From Octopus bimaculoides (lineage: Eukaryota): a stretch of 34,282 nt of DNA. The position numbers were made by a program, and so were the translations under genes. The stretch is from NCBI RefSeq assembly GCF_001194135.2, contig NC_068992.1, positions 36,239,722-36,274,003 on the forward strand, given 5' to 3'. Below the pieces are notes generated by a model, which saw only the letters and a program-made list of their open reading frames with translations, ran no database searches and had not been told where the DNA came from. Numbering within the stretch: position 1 is the first letter of the stretch; each line of letters starts with the position of its first letter. Shown here piece after piece: positions 23,194 through 33,900 of the stretch.

Positions 23194-23789
23194 AGAACTG
23201 TAACTAAAGTTAGAATTCAAAAATTCAGTAATTTTAACCAATGGGAAACAAATAATCAATAGCTATTCAGTCAACATAACTATGACATCATATTACTGCC
23301 AATAAAGGTTTATTATAACTTGCTACAATAGCATTTGTTGGGAAATTGGTATTTTAGTTATTTGACAGTATGGTAGAAACTCAGATTTTTACACATGGGA
23401 ATAGTTTTGTACCCCTGCCCTCTCGCAGCCAAATCATAGTGTGTGAACAGCAACCACTTGATTATAATTCAATACTACATTCAAGAAACTCTATTTAGTG
23501 CTCAACTTCTATAATATACTAACCACTGAAAGAATCTCTAAATGATTAGTTGGCCTATTTGAATAGTAACCAAATCTCTCTCAAATTACACTACAGAAGA
23601 AATCACATTAGGTAATATCTTTCACATTCCTAGAAAGAGGAGATAGTGATAGCTGGAACACCTTTGCTCATGCATCTGTTCAATCAAATTTGATTTGGGT
23701 TAAACAACAACAGCTTCCAAATTCCACCCATTGAATACTTTACTTTCTTTAGAACAGAGTTCACATATTCAGTTTCCCCATTATCATTG

Positions 23790-23975
23790 TTTAATGTCTG
23801 CTTTCCATGTTGACATAAGTTGGACAGTTTGAGAGGAACTTGAAAGCCAGAGGATTGCACTAAGCTCCAATGTCAGTTTTGGTATTTTTCTTCAGCTGGG
23901 TGTCCTTCCTATATGCCATCCACTTTACAGAATATACTGGATGCTTTTTTCATGGCACCAGTACTAGTGAGGTCA
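23790..23975 (-). mobile_element. Family B repeat, decayed
   Basis: GTTTAATGTCTGCTTTCCATG...CAGCTGGGTGTCCTTCCTA matches 6376-6500. Confidence 0.65.
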
Positions 23976-24720
23976 CTATTAAATCAAAAACTGATCTAGT
24001 GGTTATTCATTTAGCTGATTTTGTGACGTCTGTTTTAGTAAATATTGAGAAAGGTTTATTAGTAGAGGAATGCATTGGCAGAATTCATAGAATGTCAGAT
24101 AAAATTTCAAGTAGTATTTAGTTGTATTCCTTTATGTTCTAAGCTCAAATTCACTGCAGTCAACTTTGCCATTCATCCCTTTGTAATTTATAAAATTAGG
24201 TACTCGCCAAGTACTGCCCTTCTATCAAAGTACTTGTGATTTTGTGCCAATGTGAGAAATCACTTTAGTTATTATTACTATTATTTCTTATAGTAATGTC
24301 CTGAAATCCATAGGACTGGTACCAGCTCTTCACTTTCTGTAGAATTGAGTAGATGAAAGAGAAATGCACCCATCTCTAGATGGGCGAATAATTTATCACA
24401 TGTATCTTTCCTTACAAGTTTAGTTGAAACTCAGTACTAAACCACTGAATCATTTAATCTAAGAATCTTCAATACTTAGTGGACAACTATACTACACAGA
24501 ATTTTTCTTTATTCATTTATCAAAATTCGTACATAAAATTATCATGATGGTTTTAATTTAAATCTAAATGCTTTAAAACAGGATTTAATATGAAATAAAT
24601 CAGAGTAGTTTCAAGTGACTTGATACCAAAAAGTTAATGACTTATAGGAGCCACTAACAATCTTGTTAAAATCATTTTTCCAGTTGTTAAAGCAGTGTGA
24701 TTTTATTTTTTATTATTCAG

Positions 24721-24780
24721 ATGAAGTCTTTTTACCAATCCAACAATGTCATGAGGTAGCCCATTCTACCAGCATTCAAT
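24721..24780 (+). CDS. Internal exon of host gene (YEVFLPIQQCHEVAHSTSIQ)
   Basis: Strong TTTTATTTTTTATTATTCAG acceptor and GTAAGT donor. Only phase 1-1 is open. Confidence 0.7.
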
Positions 24781-24960
24781 GTAAGTCAGTTTTATTTTTA
24801 GCATTTTGATTTCATTCTTTTGTTTTATTTTTAGCATTTTGATTTCATTCTTTTGATTTCATTCTTTTATTTTCCTAATGCTGTTGGTAAGATACTTCTG
24901 AATATCAGAAGTTTGTTGTTAAAAATGCAGTTAAAATATAACTAATCCTATTTCTGACAG

Positions 24961-25000
24961 GTTTTAATCTGGACTATCAACTTACACACTGCAGGATGAG
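24961..25000 (+). CDS. Internal exon of host gene (CFNLDYQLTHCRM)
   Basis: ACTAAT branch-like site plus TTTCTGACAG acceptor; GAG|GTATCA donor. Phase 1-2 exactly bridges 24780 to 26493. Confidence 0.55.
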
Positions 25001-25086
25001 GTATCAGTCACTAGGGCTTGGAATAGATTTGTCTTTGCAGATGGAGGCTATCATTAACTTTTAGTTTTTTGGGTTTTTTTTAAATA

Positions 25087-25256
25087 TTCTTTTATTTGTT
25101 TCAGTCATTTGACTGTGGCCATGCTGGAGCACTGTCTTTAGTCGAACAAATCGACCCCAGGATTTATTCTTTGTAAGCCTAGTACTTATTCTGTTGGTCT
25201 CTTTTGCTGAACTGCTAAGTTACAGGGACATAAACACACCAACATCGGGGAGACAA

Positions 25257-25302
<46 letters not shown>

Positions 25303-25460
25303 GACGAGCTTCTTTCAGTTTCCTTGTACCAAATCCATTCACAAGACTTTGGTCAGCCCAAGCCTATAGTAGAAGACACTTGCTCAAGGTGTCATGCAGT
25401 AGGACTGAACCCGGAACCATGTGGTTGGTGAGCAATCTACTTACCACATAGCCACTCTTG
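25087..25460 (-). mobile_element. SINE family A, near full length, intronic antisense
   Basis: Reverse complement of 813-1180 from head (CCACATAGCCACTC) to tail (TTTCAGTCATTTGACTG). Confidence 0.85.
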
Positions 25461-25869
25461 TGCCTATATGACATTTTTATTTTAATACAAAATTCACTTT
25501 TATGAAATATCAACTGTGGTTCAGTAAAAGGTACTTATGTACATGACAGTAGAGCACTAACTGAAAGGATGTGATGTACTGATAGCTATGGCACTTTAAT
25601 CTTTAACAGTTCATTGTTACTACAAGTTAGAAGGTACCAGTGGGTAGTTTAGTTCACTGACAATTTTAAGATTAATTACTGATTCATTGGTTTAGTGCTG
25701 AGTTCCAACTAAACTTGTAAGGAAAGATACAAGTGATAAATTCCTGGTCCATAAGTGTATTTCTCTTTCATTTACTGCAGAAAGTGAAAAATTGGTACTA
25801 GACCTGTGGATTTCAGAGCATCACTCTAAGGAATAATAAGTAAATTAATTTCTCACAAAGTCTTATTTA

Positions 25870-25995
25870 ACTAATCTCAGAAGGATGAAAGGCAAAGCTG
25901 ACCTCAGTGAGATTTGAACTTGAAACACGAAGGACCCAACTAAATACTACAAAGAATTTTGTCTGACACTCTATGAGTTCTGCCAACACACTGCC
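25870..25995 (+). mobile_element. Family C repeat fragment
   Basis: GAAGGATGAAAGGCAAAGCTGACCTCAGTGAGATTTGAAC. Confidence 0.65.
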
Positions 25996-26492
25996 CTACT
26001 ATTACTACTTGTAATAATAATATTTAAGGATAATTAAAATAAATTGTGTGAAGACAAAATTATTTTCTTCAACAACAATATCTTGATAGTGGGCAAGGTA
26101 TATAATTTTGTTAAGCAATAGGTGTTATAGCTATTTTATATTTGAATGGTATGTATGGGGTAGAAGATATCCATATTGCTCTAAAAGCAGTTGCTTCACA
26201 AAATATCAAAATGATAACATGAAATATAAATGTGAAAGTGCCACACAAAATAATAAGTATTAAAATAAACCTAAAATACTGGATGAGAGTGGCTATGAGT
26301 AAAATGACTGTCTAATGGGCAGAAGTGCCATGTATTTAAAACTTCTGTGGAAATTCTGAAATGAACTTGCTATGAGACAAAATAAATTAATCTTTATAGT
26401 TACTATAAATTTTAAATATTTCATTTACATTTCTCAACATTTGTTTTCTAGTCTCTCTCAAATACTCTTTTTCTTTTATAATTTTCTTCAAG

Positions 26493-27306
26493 AATGGGAA
26501 TTCAGAATTCAAAGAAGAAGAAGGAGAAAAAATGGAAGAAATATACAGATATTGGTCCTTCTCCAGGACTTACCTATGATGGTCTACAGACACCTTGGCA
26601 TCACCTACAGGGCATGAAAGGATTGCCAACAAGGTCTATAGTCAATAGCCCCAAATATTATTATAGTGACTTTAATGTTACAATGAATACACCAAACACC
26701 ATGCCACCAATGAACACCAAATGCAGTGCTTCTCCCTCTGTGTACAGAGGAGGTGCTGGCTCCTGGCCACCATCAACAGGGGAGCTCAGCTCCGACAACT
26801 ACCTTAAAATAAATCTTGACAATCATCCTGATGTAACTAAGCTACAGAATGAGCAAAATGCTCGTCGGGAAAATATGGAGCAGAGAATCAACAAGATTCG
26901 AACCAGTGCCATCCAAGCTGCTGAGAGACGCAAATTTGCTGAAATGTTCAAAGCTGTGCCAAAAGAGACACAAACCAGTGCATGCACACCACACCATGCT
27001 ACATCACACCTTCTACAAGAGACAAGCTTAGCATTAAGCAACTTGTCAACAAATTCATCACCCAATGCTGTGAGAAGCATCAACAGTAACAACAGCAGCA
27101 ACAATGACAGTAGTAAGAAGAGTGCAAGAGGTTCTGGCTGTCGAATATTCTCAACTAGATCAAAAATATCAGCAGCATCTCATCACATGGACAATGATGA
27201 TGATGACAAAGGGGAAATAATTCCTGTACAAATACTCAGTGAAGGCCAGAAACCTCCCCCAAACAAAGATCAGATTACTTTTGGATCATTAAGATTCAGT
27301 GAGTAA
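26493..27306 (+). CDS. Terminal coding exon (270 aa) of an uncharacterised gene: basic N-terminal patch, predicted coiled coil, S/N-rich disordered tail
   Basis: Longest non-repeat ORF in the window, preceded by a pyrimidine tract and AG at 26491-26492; stop TAA at 27304-27306; no TE motifs. Family not recognised. Confidence 0.8.
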
Positions 27307-27519
27307 CAAACAGTTTTGTTGATTATTTCTTTTTTATAATTTTACTTCACCTCTAACATTGTCTTCTACTTTTGTCTCTCAATATGTATGTGCATGTGTG
27401 TGTGTGTGTGTGTGTGCATGCACATACATGTGTACCTGTATATATCATCTTTCTCTAAGGAGTAGAGCGTCAGTTCTTTTAGCCTCTTAGCTTATCTGTT
27501 TTACCAAGCCAATCATTTT

Positions 27520-28210
27520 TCTGTAGTAGCACTGGATTGCCTCAAGTTTTGCCACCAGTTTGACACTCTGCGGTGCCATCTAGATGACTGGGAATGAAAG
27601 TTCTCCTTAAGAGTAGCATGGTATCCTTTTTTACTAGATCTGAATGATCTCAGAATCCATCAAGCTACTGCTCTGCACAGTGTTGCCATCTTGGTAATAT
27701 ACACATGGAACATTGCAGCATTATACATGTGGGTTCTCAGATCATGCATCAATCCTGATTCTGAGATTGCACTATCCCCTGCTTATGTGTATTCTGATTG
27801 TAGTTTGTTGTGGGTTGATAGTGGAGTGCTTCAAGCATTAAACTGTATGTTGTTTCTATTAGTCCATTTGTATACTGTATGCTGGTCATTTTGCAGTTTT
27901 AGTATGTCATCAGGGCCCTTGAGATGAGAGTGACTGACTGTATGGCTGAGGGCATGTCTGAGAGAGCCATCATGGATAGTAGTGTTCCCAGTACAGTTCC
28001 TCAAAGGACTCTGATGCAGATTGATGTCTCCCCAGAGATCACTCAGTTTTTGACATATCATTCCATGATCAACTTTGTCAAAGACCTTGGCAAAATCAAG
28101 ATATATCTCATCTACATTTGAGTGGTTGAGCTGCTATTTCAGTACCCAGTCATAATGTATTATCTGTGAGGCAGCTCCTCCAAAGACAAACAGCTTCTCC
28201 CTGGATATAG
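27520..28210 (-). mobile_element. CR1/L2-type LINE reverse transcriptase fragment, decayed
   Basis: Minus, with frameshifts: YPGRSCLS...HYDWVLK..NHSNVDEIYLDFAKVFDKVDHGMICQKLSDL...QGTVLGTLLSMMALSDMP...KLEAIQ. Confidence 0.8.
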
Positions 28211-28353
28211 ATGTATACAAATGTATATATTAATTAGTAAATGTCTGTGTGTGTGTGTTTTATGTATATGTATATATAGCTTGTATCTGTATGTGTACAT
28301 ACGTACATACATGCATACATGCATGCATACATACATGCATACATACATCCATG

Positions 28354-28413
<60 letters not shown>

Positions 28414-28574
28414 TACATATTAGAGCCAGCACTGAAGGTTTTGTTTTGTATATGAATACCTCTATGTAAACTATGCAATCAAAAATCTGCAGCGATAACT
28501 TTAAAAAGTAAGTGAATTGCACTGCTAACATGGTTGGACAGTGTTGACGTATGAAACCTTTAATATACCTTTTA

Positions 28575-28745
28575 GTATATGAGAGTTAGCTGAAAAGTTC
28601 ATAGACTCACCGAGATACTCTCATGGAGTATCTTTAACATAGTCCCTCTTATGGTCCACACACTTCTTCTATCTGTGTTGCAGTGCTTGGATAACATTAG
28701 TAAAGAAGCTTTCATCCTGTTGGTAAAAAAAGTCGTCAACAATAG
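28575..28745 (-). mobile_element. Mariner-type transposon 3' terminal fragment
   Basis: Minus KKCVDHKRDYVK resembles the mariner C-terminal W.KCV...GDYVEK; TIR-like TATGAGAGTTAGCTGAAAAGTTC. Confidence 0.5.
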
Positions 28746-28749
28746 ATAT

Positions 28750-29010
28750 GACATAATCATCATCATCATCACTGCAATACTGGTTCCCAGCCAAGTGTTT
28801 TTTTCATGCTGGAGAACAGATGATAAGTAGAGTCAAAGCCACAGTCACTCACAGCAGCCATTGAAAGCAAGGATTTGTGTTGGAGCATTGTCCTGCCATA
28901 GCAGCCATACCAAAGCAGACATTGGGACCTGGTACAGTCCTCTGGCTTGTTGGCTCCTGTTGAGCCATTCAGCATATGCTAGCATGGAAAATGGCTGTTA
29001 AATGATGATG
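28750..29010 (+). mobile_element. Family B-related fragment ending in (GAT)n
   Basis: GCTAGCATGGAAAATGGCTGTTAAATGATGATGATGAT. Confidence 0.55.
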
Positions 29011-29024
29011 ATGATATATATATG

Positions 29025-29064
<40 letters not shown>

Positions 29065-29254
29065 CATATATATATATATATAATATATANNNNNNNNNNN
29101 NNNNNNNNNNNNNNNNNNNNNNNNNNNNNNNNNNNNNNNNNNNNNNNNNNNNNNNNNNNNNNNNNNNNNGTAAATAGACACCCTTATAATCATCAAAATT
29201 TATTTAAATCTGAAATTTTACATTCAAATTATTTATTAATTATTATAATGTAAA

Positions 29255-30290
29255 TATCTAATATTTACTAGACATTCGCTTTGCATTTTTCAATGCAATG
29301 ATCCTATTAGGCATGCTACTGATCATATGACGAATATTCTCTTAAATTTCTTGCCAAATTTCATGGAGTAATCTCAAAAGATCTGGCTTTGAGGATGCTT
29401 TCTTTTTCTTTTCATGAAGTATCCTGTCCATTATGCCCCAGAGGTGTTCTACAGGGTTCATATCTGGTGACTGGCTTGGCTATGGAAGCTTTTTAATGCC
29501 ATTCTCATTCAACAAATCTTGGGTCATTTTAGCCGTGTGACAAGGAACCATATTTTCCATAAATAAAGAATTTTCTTTAATCATTTCTCCACTGGAGAAA
29601 ATTGAAAGGAGTCCTTTCTGCAATATGGACACATATTTATCTGAGTTTATGTTTCCTTCACACTCCACCAGCTCTGATTGACCATTGCTCCAAATTGCTC
29701 CCCAGACATCACAGAATAGCTGCCGTGTTTCATTGTTGGCTTCAATCTTTTCACATCAAATTCTTGATCACGGAGTCTCCAGACCCACACTTGACCACAG
29801 TCAGAAAATATAACAAATCTGGACTCAGAGAATATGACAATGTCCCAAAATGCTAGTGGCCTTTCTATCGTCTCACTGGCCCAATCGTTTCTCAATTTGA
29901 TATTGGCTGGTTAATATAGTAGCCAAGTCTGTGGAGATACCTGACAGCTGCTCTGGGATTGAGATCAACTGCTATGTCAGAGGCCCTGCAATGGGGATTA
30001 TCCTCTTAACAAAGTGAAGAGTCCTGTCAGAGGGCTGTAGTTGACCTGGGCGAGGTGATGTAGATTCCTTCCCCTCTCTGATGAATTGCACAGTCACTCT
30101 GTTAACTATAGAAAGCGGGATCCCAAGATTTTCTGCGATTTTATGCTGACTAATTCCACCTTCAGATTGACCCACAATACAGCCTCTTTGAAATTCGGAC
30201 AAGTCCAAGGCTTCTTTTCTATGTGGCATGATTAAGCAGTTACATTTAGAACTTGAAACATAAAAATGTTGATTAATAAAAAATAAGTTA
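29255..30290 (-). mobile_element. Tc1-like (DD34E) transposase pseudogene
   Basis: ATG at 30229: [21 protein letters not shown] (HTH); WDIVIFSESRF (D lost); FMENMVPCH; *PSQSPDMNPVEHLWG; ISSMPNRI. Multiple frameshifts. Confidence 0.9.
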
Positions 30291-30293
30291 AAA

Positions 30294-30431
30294 TAAGCAT
30301 AAAACAATGTATTATGAGGTGTCTATTTACTTCTGTCATGTCTGTGTGTGTATATACACACTCACACACACACAGGCGTACAGACATGACAGAAGTAAAT
30401 AGACACCTCATAATACATTGTTTTATGCTTA
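30294..30431. repeat. Perfect 52-bp inverted repeat with 34-nt loop
   Basis: 30294-30345 equals the reverse complement of 30380-30431 with no mismatch. The loop contains the palindrome GTGTGTATATACACAC. Confidence 0.97.
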
Positions 30432-30553
30432 CACACACACACACAAGTAAGTACATAAATGCAAAACAAGGTGGGAAAAGAATACTTAAGGTAGAGCAAT
30501 ATACTTTTTATTAAAGTTGCACTTTTGTGAAGATTTTGCAGCTTTGATAAAAA

Positions 30554-30554
<1 letters not shown>

Positions 30555-30624
<70 letters not shown>
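30555..30624. repeat. (TA)n microsatellite
   Basis: Direct reading of the sequence. Confidence 0.95.
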
Positions 30625-30625
<1 letters not shown>

Positions 30626-30840
30626 TGTTTCAAATTTTAGCACAAGGCCAGCAATTTCGTAGGAGGGGCTAAGTCATTTAAATTGACCCTAGTTCTCAAC
30701 TGGTACTTATTTTATCAACACCAAAAGGATAAAAGGTAAAGTCAATCCCTGTGGCATTTCAACCCAGAATATAATGACAAACAAAATGCCACTAAGCATT
30801 TTTGCCTGACATGCTAACAATTCTGCTGCCTCACCTTATA
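30625..30840 (+). mobile_element. Family C repeat, single copy
   Basis: TTTCAAATTTTAGCACAAGGCCAGCAATTT...ACTGGTACTTATTTTATC...AAGCATTTTTGCCTGACATGCTAAC. Confidence 0.75.
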
Positions 30841-31024
30841 TACATATTGAGATGTTTTAAGGAAGGTTTATGTAATGGATGCATTTCCTATTATATATTA
30901 TGCAAACCTTATACATACATATTAAGTGATTTCAAAACATCACTATTTGGTTTGACTTCATTATTACAACTTATTTATGCATATATGTATATGTTTATGT
31001 GTATATTTATACACACGTGTATAT

Positions 31025-32560
31025 ATCATCATCATCATCATTTAATGCCCATTTTTCATGCTGTTATGTGAGTTGGGCAGTTCAGCAGAATCTGACAGAT
31101 TTGAAGGCTGCACATGTCCCAATGTTGGCTTTGGTACTGTTTCTACAGATGGATATCCCTCCTAACCCCAGCAATTACAGTCAGTGTACAGGGTGGCAAC
31201 AGCACTAGTAAGTTCTTCTTGCAGCTTATAATTGAGTGGAGTTACAATAGAGAGGTAGGCAGCTTTATGCAAGGAGATGAGAGGTTAAAGGAGGAGAAAC
31301 AGCACTGTTTTCTTGATATAGAGGTGTTACATGTCTATTCATATTATAAAGGAGTGTTGGGGAGTAACTCAGCTGGAGTCAGCAAAACAGCTAAAACAGT
31401 GGCGATAAAGTGTTGGGATGGACCTTCAAGGTACACAAAGGTATCACTGTCTGCCTTGGCATGGTTTCTACAGAAGAAAGAGGAGTGTGGATGAGTAGAG
31501 GCTGCAAAAGTGTATGGGGGAAAAGTGAGTGAAGGTTAGAAATGAGGAATGGCTGAAGTGGTTATAATGAATGAGGGGTAACCTAATAAATATATGTTGA
31601 ATGAAAAATAGTGGGGAAAACTTGAGGTGGAAAATGAATGGCTTAAGTTTTGAGATAGTTCTCAGTTGTGTATATCAACATCCAGGTCCTTTAATATCTC
31701 TTGTGTGAAATTCAAAGTCCTGAGATCAGCCTTCACTACTTCATCCTATGTCTTCTTGGGTTACCTATTCTATAAGTGCCATCTATTTTAAGGCATTAGT
31801 ACTTCTTTATACAGCTATTCTCATCTATATGTATTTTATGTCCCTTCTAGCATAGTACATCTGATTCCTCTTATATCCAGTTTCTTTTCAACACATACTA
31901 TACCATTCATCTACACTTATTGTGTACAAGAGAACATGTTAGCTTCATTTCTTTCCAGTCTTCTCAATTCTCTGCTTCCAAGGCCCATGTCACACTACCA
32001 TGTAACAATTGCAGTCCATACACAAGCTCACACAATGTATCTTTCAATCTTGAGAGAGAAACCTTTTGTGATCAACAGAGGTAAAAGATCTCTGAATGTT
32101 CTTCAGCTTATTCTTATTCTAACAACTATACTTTCAGAACAGCCTCCTCTACTGCTGATTAGGTCACTGAGATAACAGAAACTATCTTCTACTTCTAGGG
32201 ATCTTTTTGGGCATTTGAGAAAAGTTATTTCCTACACACTCTTAGTGTTTATTGCACCTTGTTTATTGCCCCTCTTGTATGTTCATATTTTGCTTTAGGC
32301 ACATAGTATGAAATCTCTACCTAATCCTTTTCCATGTATGAAGTAAAACTATTTTTCTCATAGAATTTTTTTGAGAAATCTAATAAGATTCTAATATGTT
32401 TGGAGTTGTCACCTTGGCCTACAATATTTAGACACACTCATCCTTCTGCACATCCCATTAAAAGTATTTCTTGGTTTATTATAATTTTCAAGAGTTCCCT
32501 CCCTTGCCTAATCTAAAACCAGTTTTCTCATTAATGCTATTCTTTTTCTCACTATGGTTG
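31025..32560 (-). mobile_element. RTE LINE 3' portion (RT C-terminus 32560-31690, 3' UTR and ATC tail to 31025), decayed
   Basis: Minus: EVEDSFCYLSD..RIRIS*RTFRDLLPLLITKGFSL...RRLERNEANM...KKT*DEVVKADLRTLNF; family B tail at 31025-31210. Confidence 0.8.
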
Positions 32561-32626
32561 TAATTCAACGTTATAAAAATTAATTTTCACTGATCACCTC
32601 ATTTATGGCTTCCAGAAGTGAAAAAG

Positions 32627-32664
32627 TCTTTTACATTTCAAGCCTATGCTCTTCAACAGAAAGG
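32627..32664 (-). ncRNA. Degenerate loop-less minimal hammerhead motif
   Basis: CCTTT-CTGTTGA-A-GAGC-ATAG-GCTT-GAAAT-GT-A-AAAG: stem I CTTT/AAAG and stem II GAGC/GCTT; core deviates at A6 and C15.2. Confidence 0.55.
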
Positions 32665-33379
32665 AACACAGAAATAAACAGAGAGAGCAAATCGAAAAAG
32701 GTTTAGTGGTTAGCAATCTATCATGGCAAATATATATATATGTATATACATGTATATATATATACACGTGTNNNNNNNNNNNNNNNNNNNNNNNNNNNNN
32801 NNNNNNNNNNNNNNNNNNNNNNNNNNNNNNNNNNNNNNNNNNNNNNNNNNNNNNNNNNNNNNNNNNNNNNNNNNNNNNNNNNNNNNNNNNNNNNNNNNNN
32901 NNNNNNNNNNNNNNNNNNNNNNNNNNNNNNNNNNNNNNNNNNNNNNNNNNNNNNNNNNNNNNNNNNNNNNNNNNNNNNNNNNNNNNNNNNNNNNNNNNNN
33001 NNNNNNNNNNNNNNNNTATGTATATATTTGTGTGTGTGTGTATATATATAAATCTGAAAAGCAATAAATTACAGAACTCAATATGTGAGTGTTGAGTATT
33101 CTTTAATGCATTACAACTGAAAAGCTTATAATTCCAATTCTGCATATTATGCATTTATGATCATTCATCTGATATTTATGAGCCTGTTTCTTTTTTTTTT
33201 TTTTTTTACTATCGATTTGAACATACCTTGAAATATATAAGAGAGATATAAAGAAAGCACTTGAACCAGGCCTCCCTTAAAGCCAGGAACTTTCCAGCTC
33301 TACCCCCTGTGTATGTGTGTGTGTATGTATATATATATACACGTGTATATACGTATATATATTTATGTATACACGTATA

Positions 33380-33760
33380 TATATGTATGACTCTAAACGT
33401 GAACTACTAGTGAAACTTACATACCATGTACAGGAAACTTTTTTACCACTTCTATACACCACTTTCCTCAAATAATGGAACTGCAACTTCAATATTTTAA
33501 TATATTTTATTTCCACTTTCATTCTCTTATTTCCCTCTATATTCCCAATCTCCTTTTCCATAATAATTCCTTATTTCGAACTCAAATATTTACCTCTATT
33601 TTAACCATCTCATATCATCTCTGATGAAGGGATATCCAGAATATCCCAGAAACAGCTGTAAGACTATATCTATATGTTTTTCCTTGTAAATGTCCTGAAA
33701 ACTACTCACAGCCTTGGCTTTGTTATCTCATTTTGTCTAACACACATATATATATATGCA
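33380..33760 (+). mobile_element. Probable PLE 3' end / pLTR fragment carrying a hammerhead
   Basis: SKRELL near 33383 weakly resembles the PLE C-terminal LN.R.EL motif; pyrimidine-rich UTR; hammerhead at 33611-33670. Confidence 0.5.
33611..33670 (+). ncRNA. Minimal type I hammerhead ribozyme (PLE type); predicted cleavage after GUA at 33660
   Basis: CATATCATCT-CTGATGA-A-GGGATAT-CCAGA-ATATCCC-A-GAAAC-AGCT-GT-A-AGACTATATC: intact CUGAUGA and GAAA cores, 7-bp stem II, palindromic ACAGCTGT stem III, interrupted stem I. Confidence 0.75.
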
Positions 33761-33900
33761 TGCTAATACAAGACCCTCATTAGTCTCCTCACTCATATCA
33801 CTATTGAACCAAGAGTTTAACTATGGTCTGTCCATAGCACTTACTTAACGTTTTGTGTGACTCTTTGAATCTTCTAGATACCAATACCTCACATATATGT

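Noticed and set aside
21179-23213. Target-site duplication of the mini LTR element
   Set aside because: Left flank GTTAG does not match the bases right of the 23193 end; AAAGTTAG recurs 13 nt further out but is probably chance.
23597-23611. 15-nt microexon candidate (CTACAG|AAGAAATCACATTAG|GTAATA)
   Set aside because: Joined to exon 19092-19171 it creates TAA; it could only be a poison exon, with no supporting evidence.
26823-27104. 93-aa antisense ORF
   Set aside because: Hydrophobic shadow of the AAC/AGC-rich sense exon.
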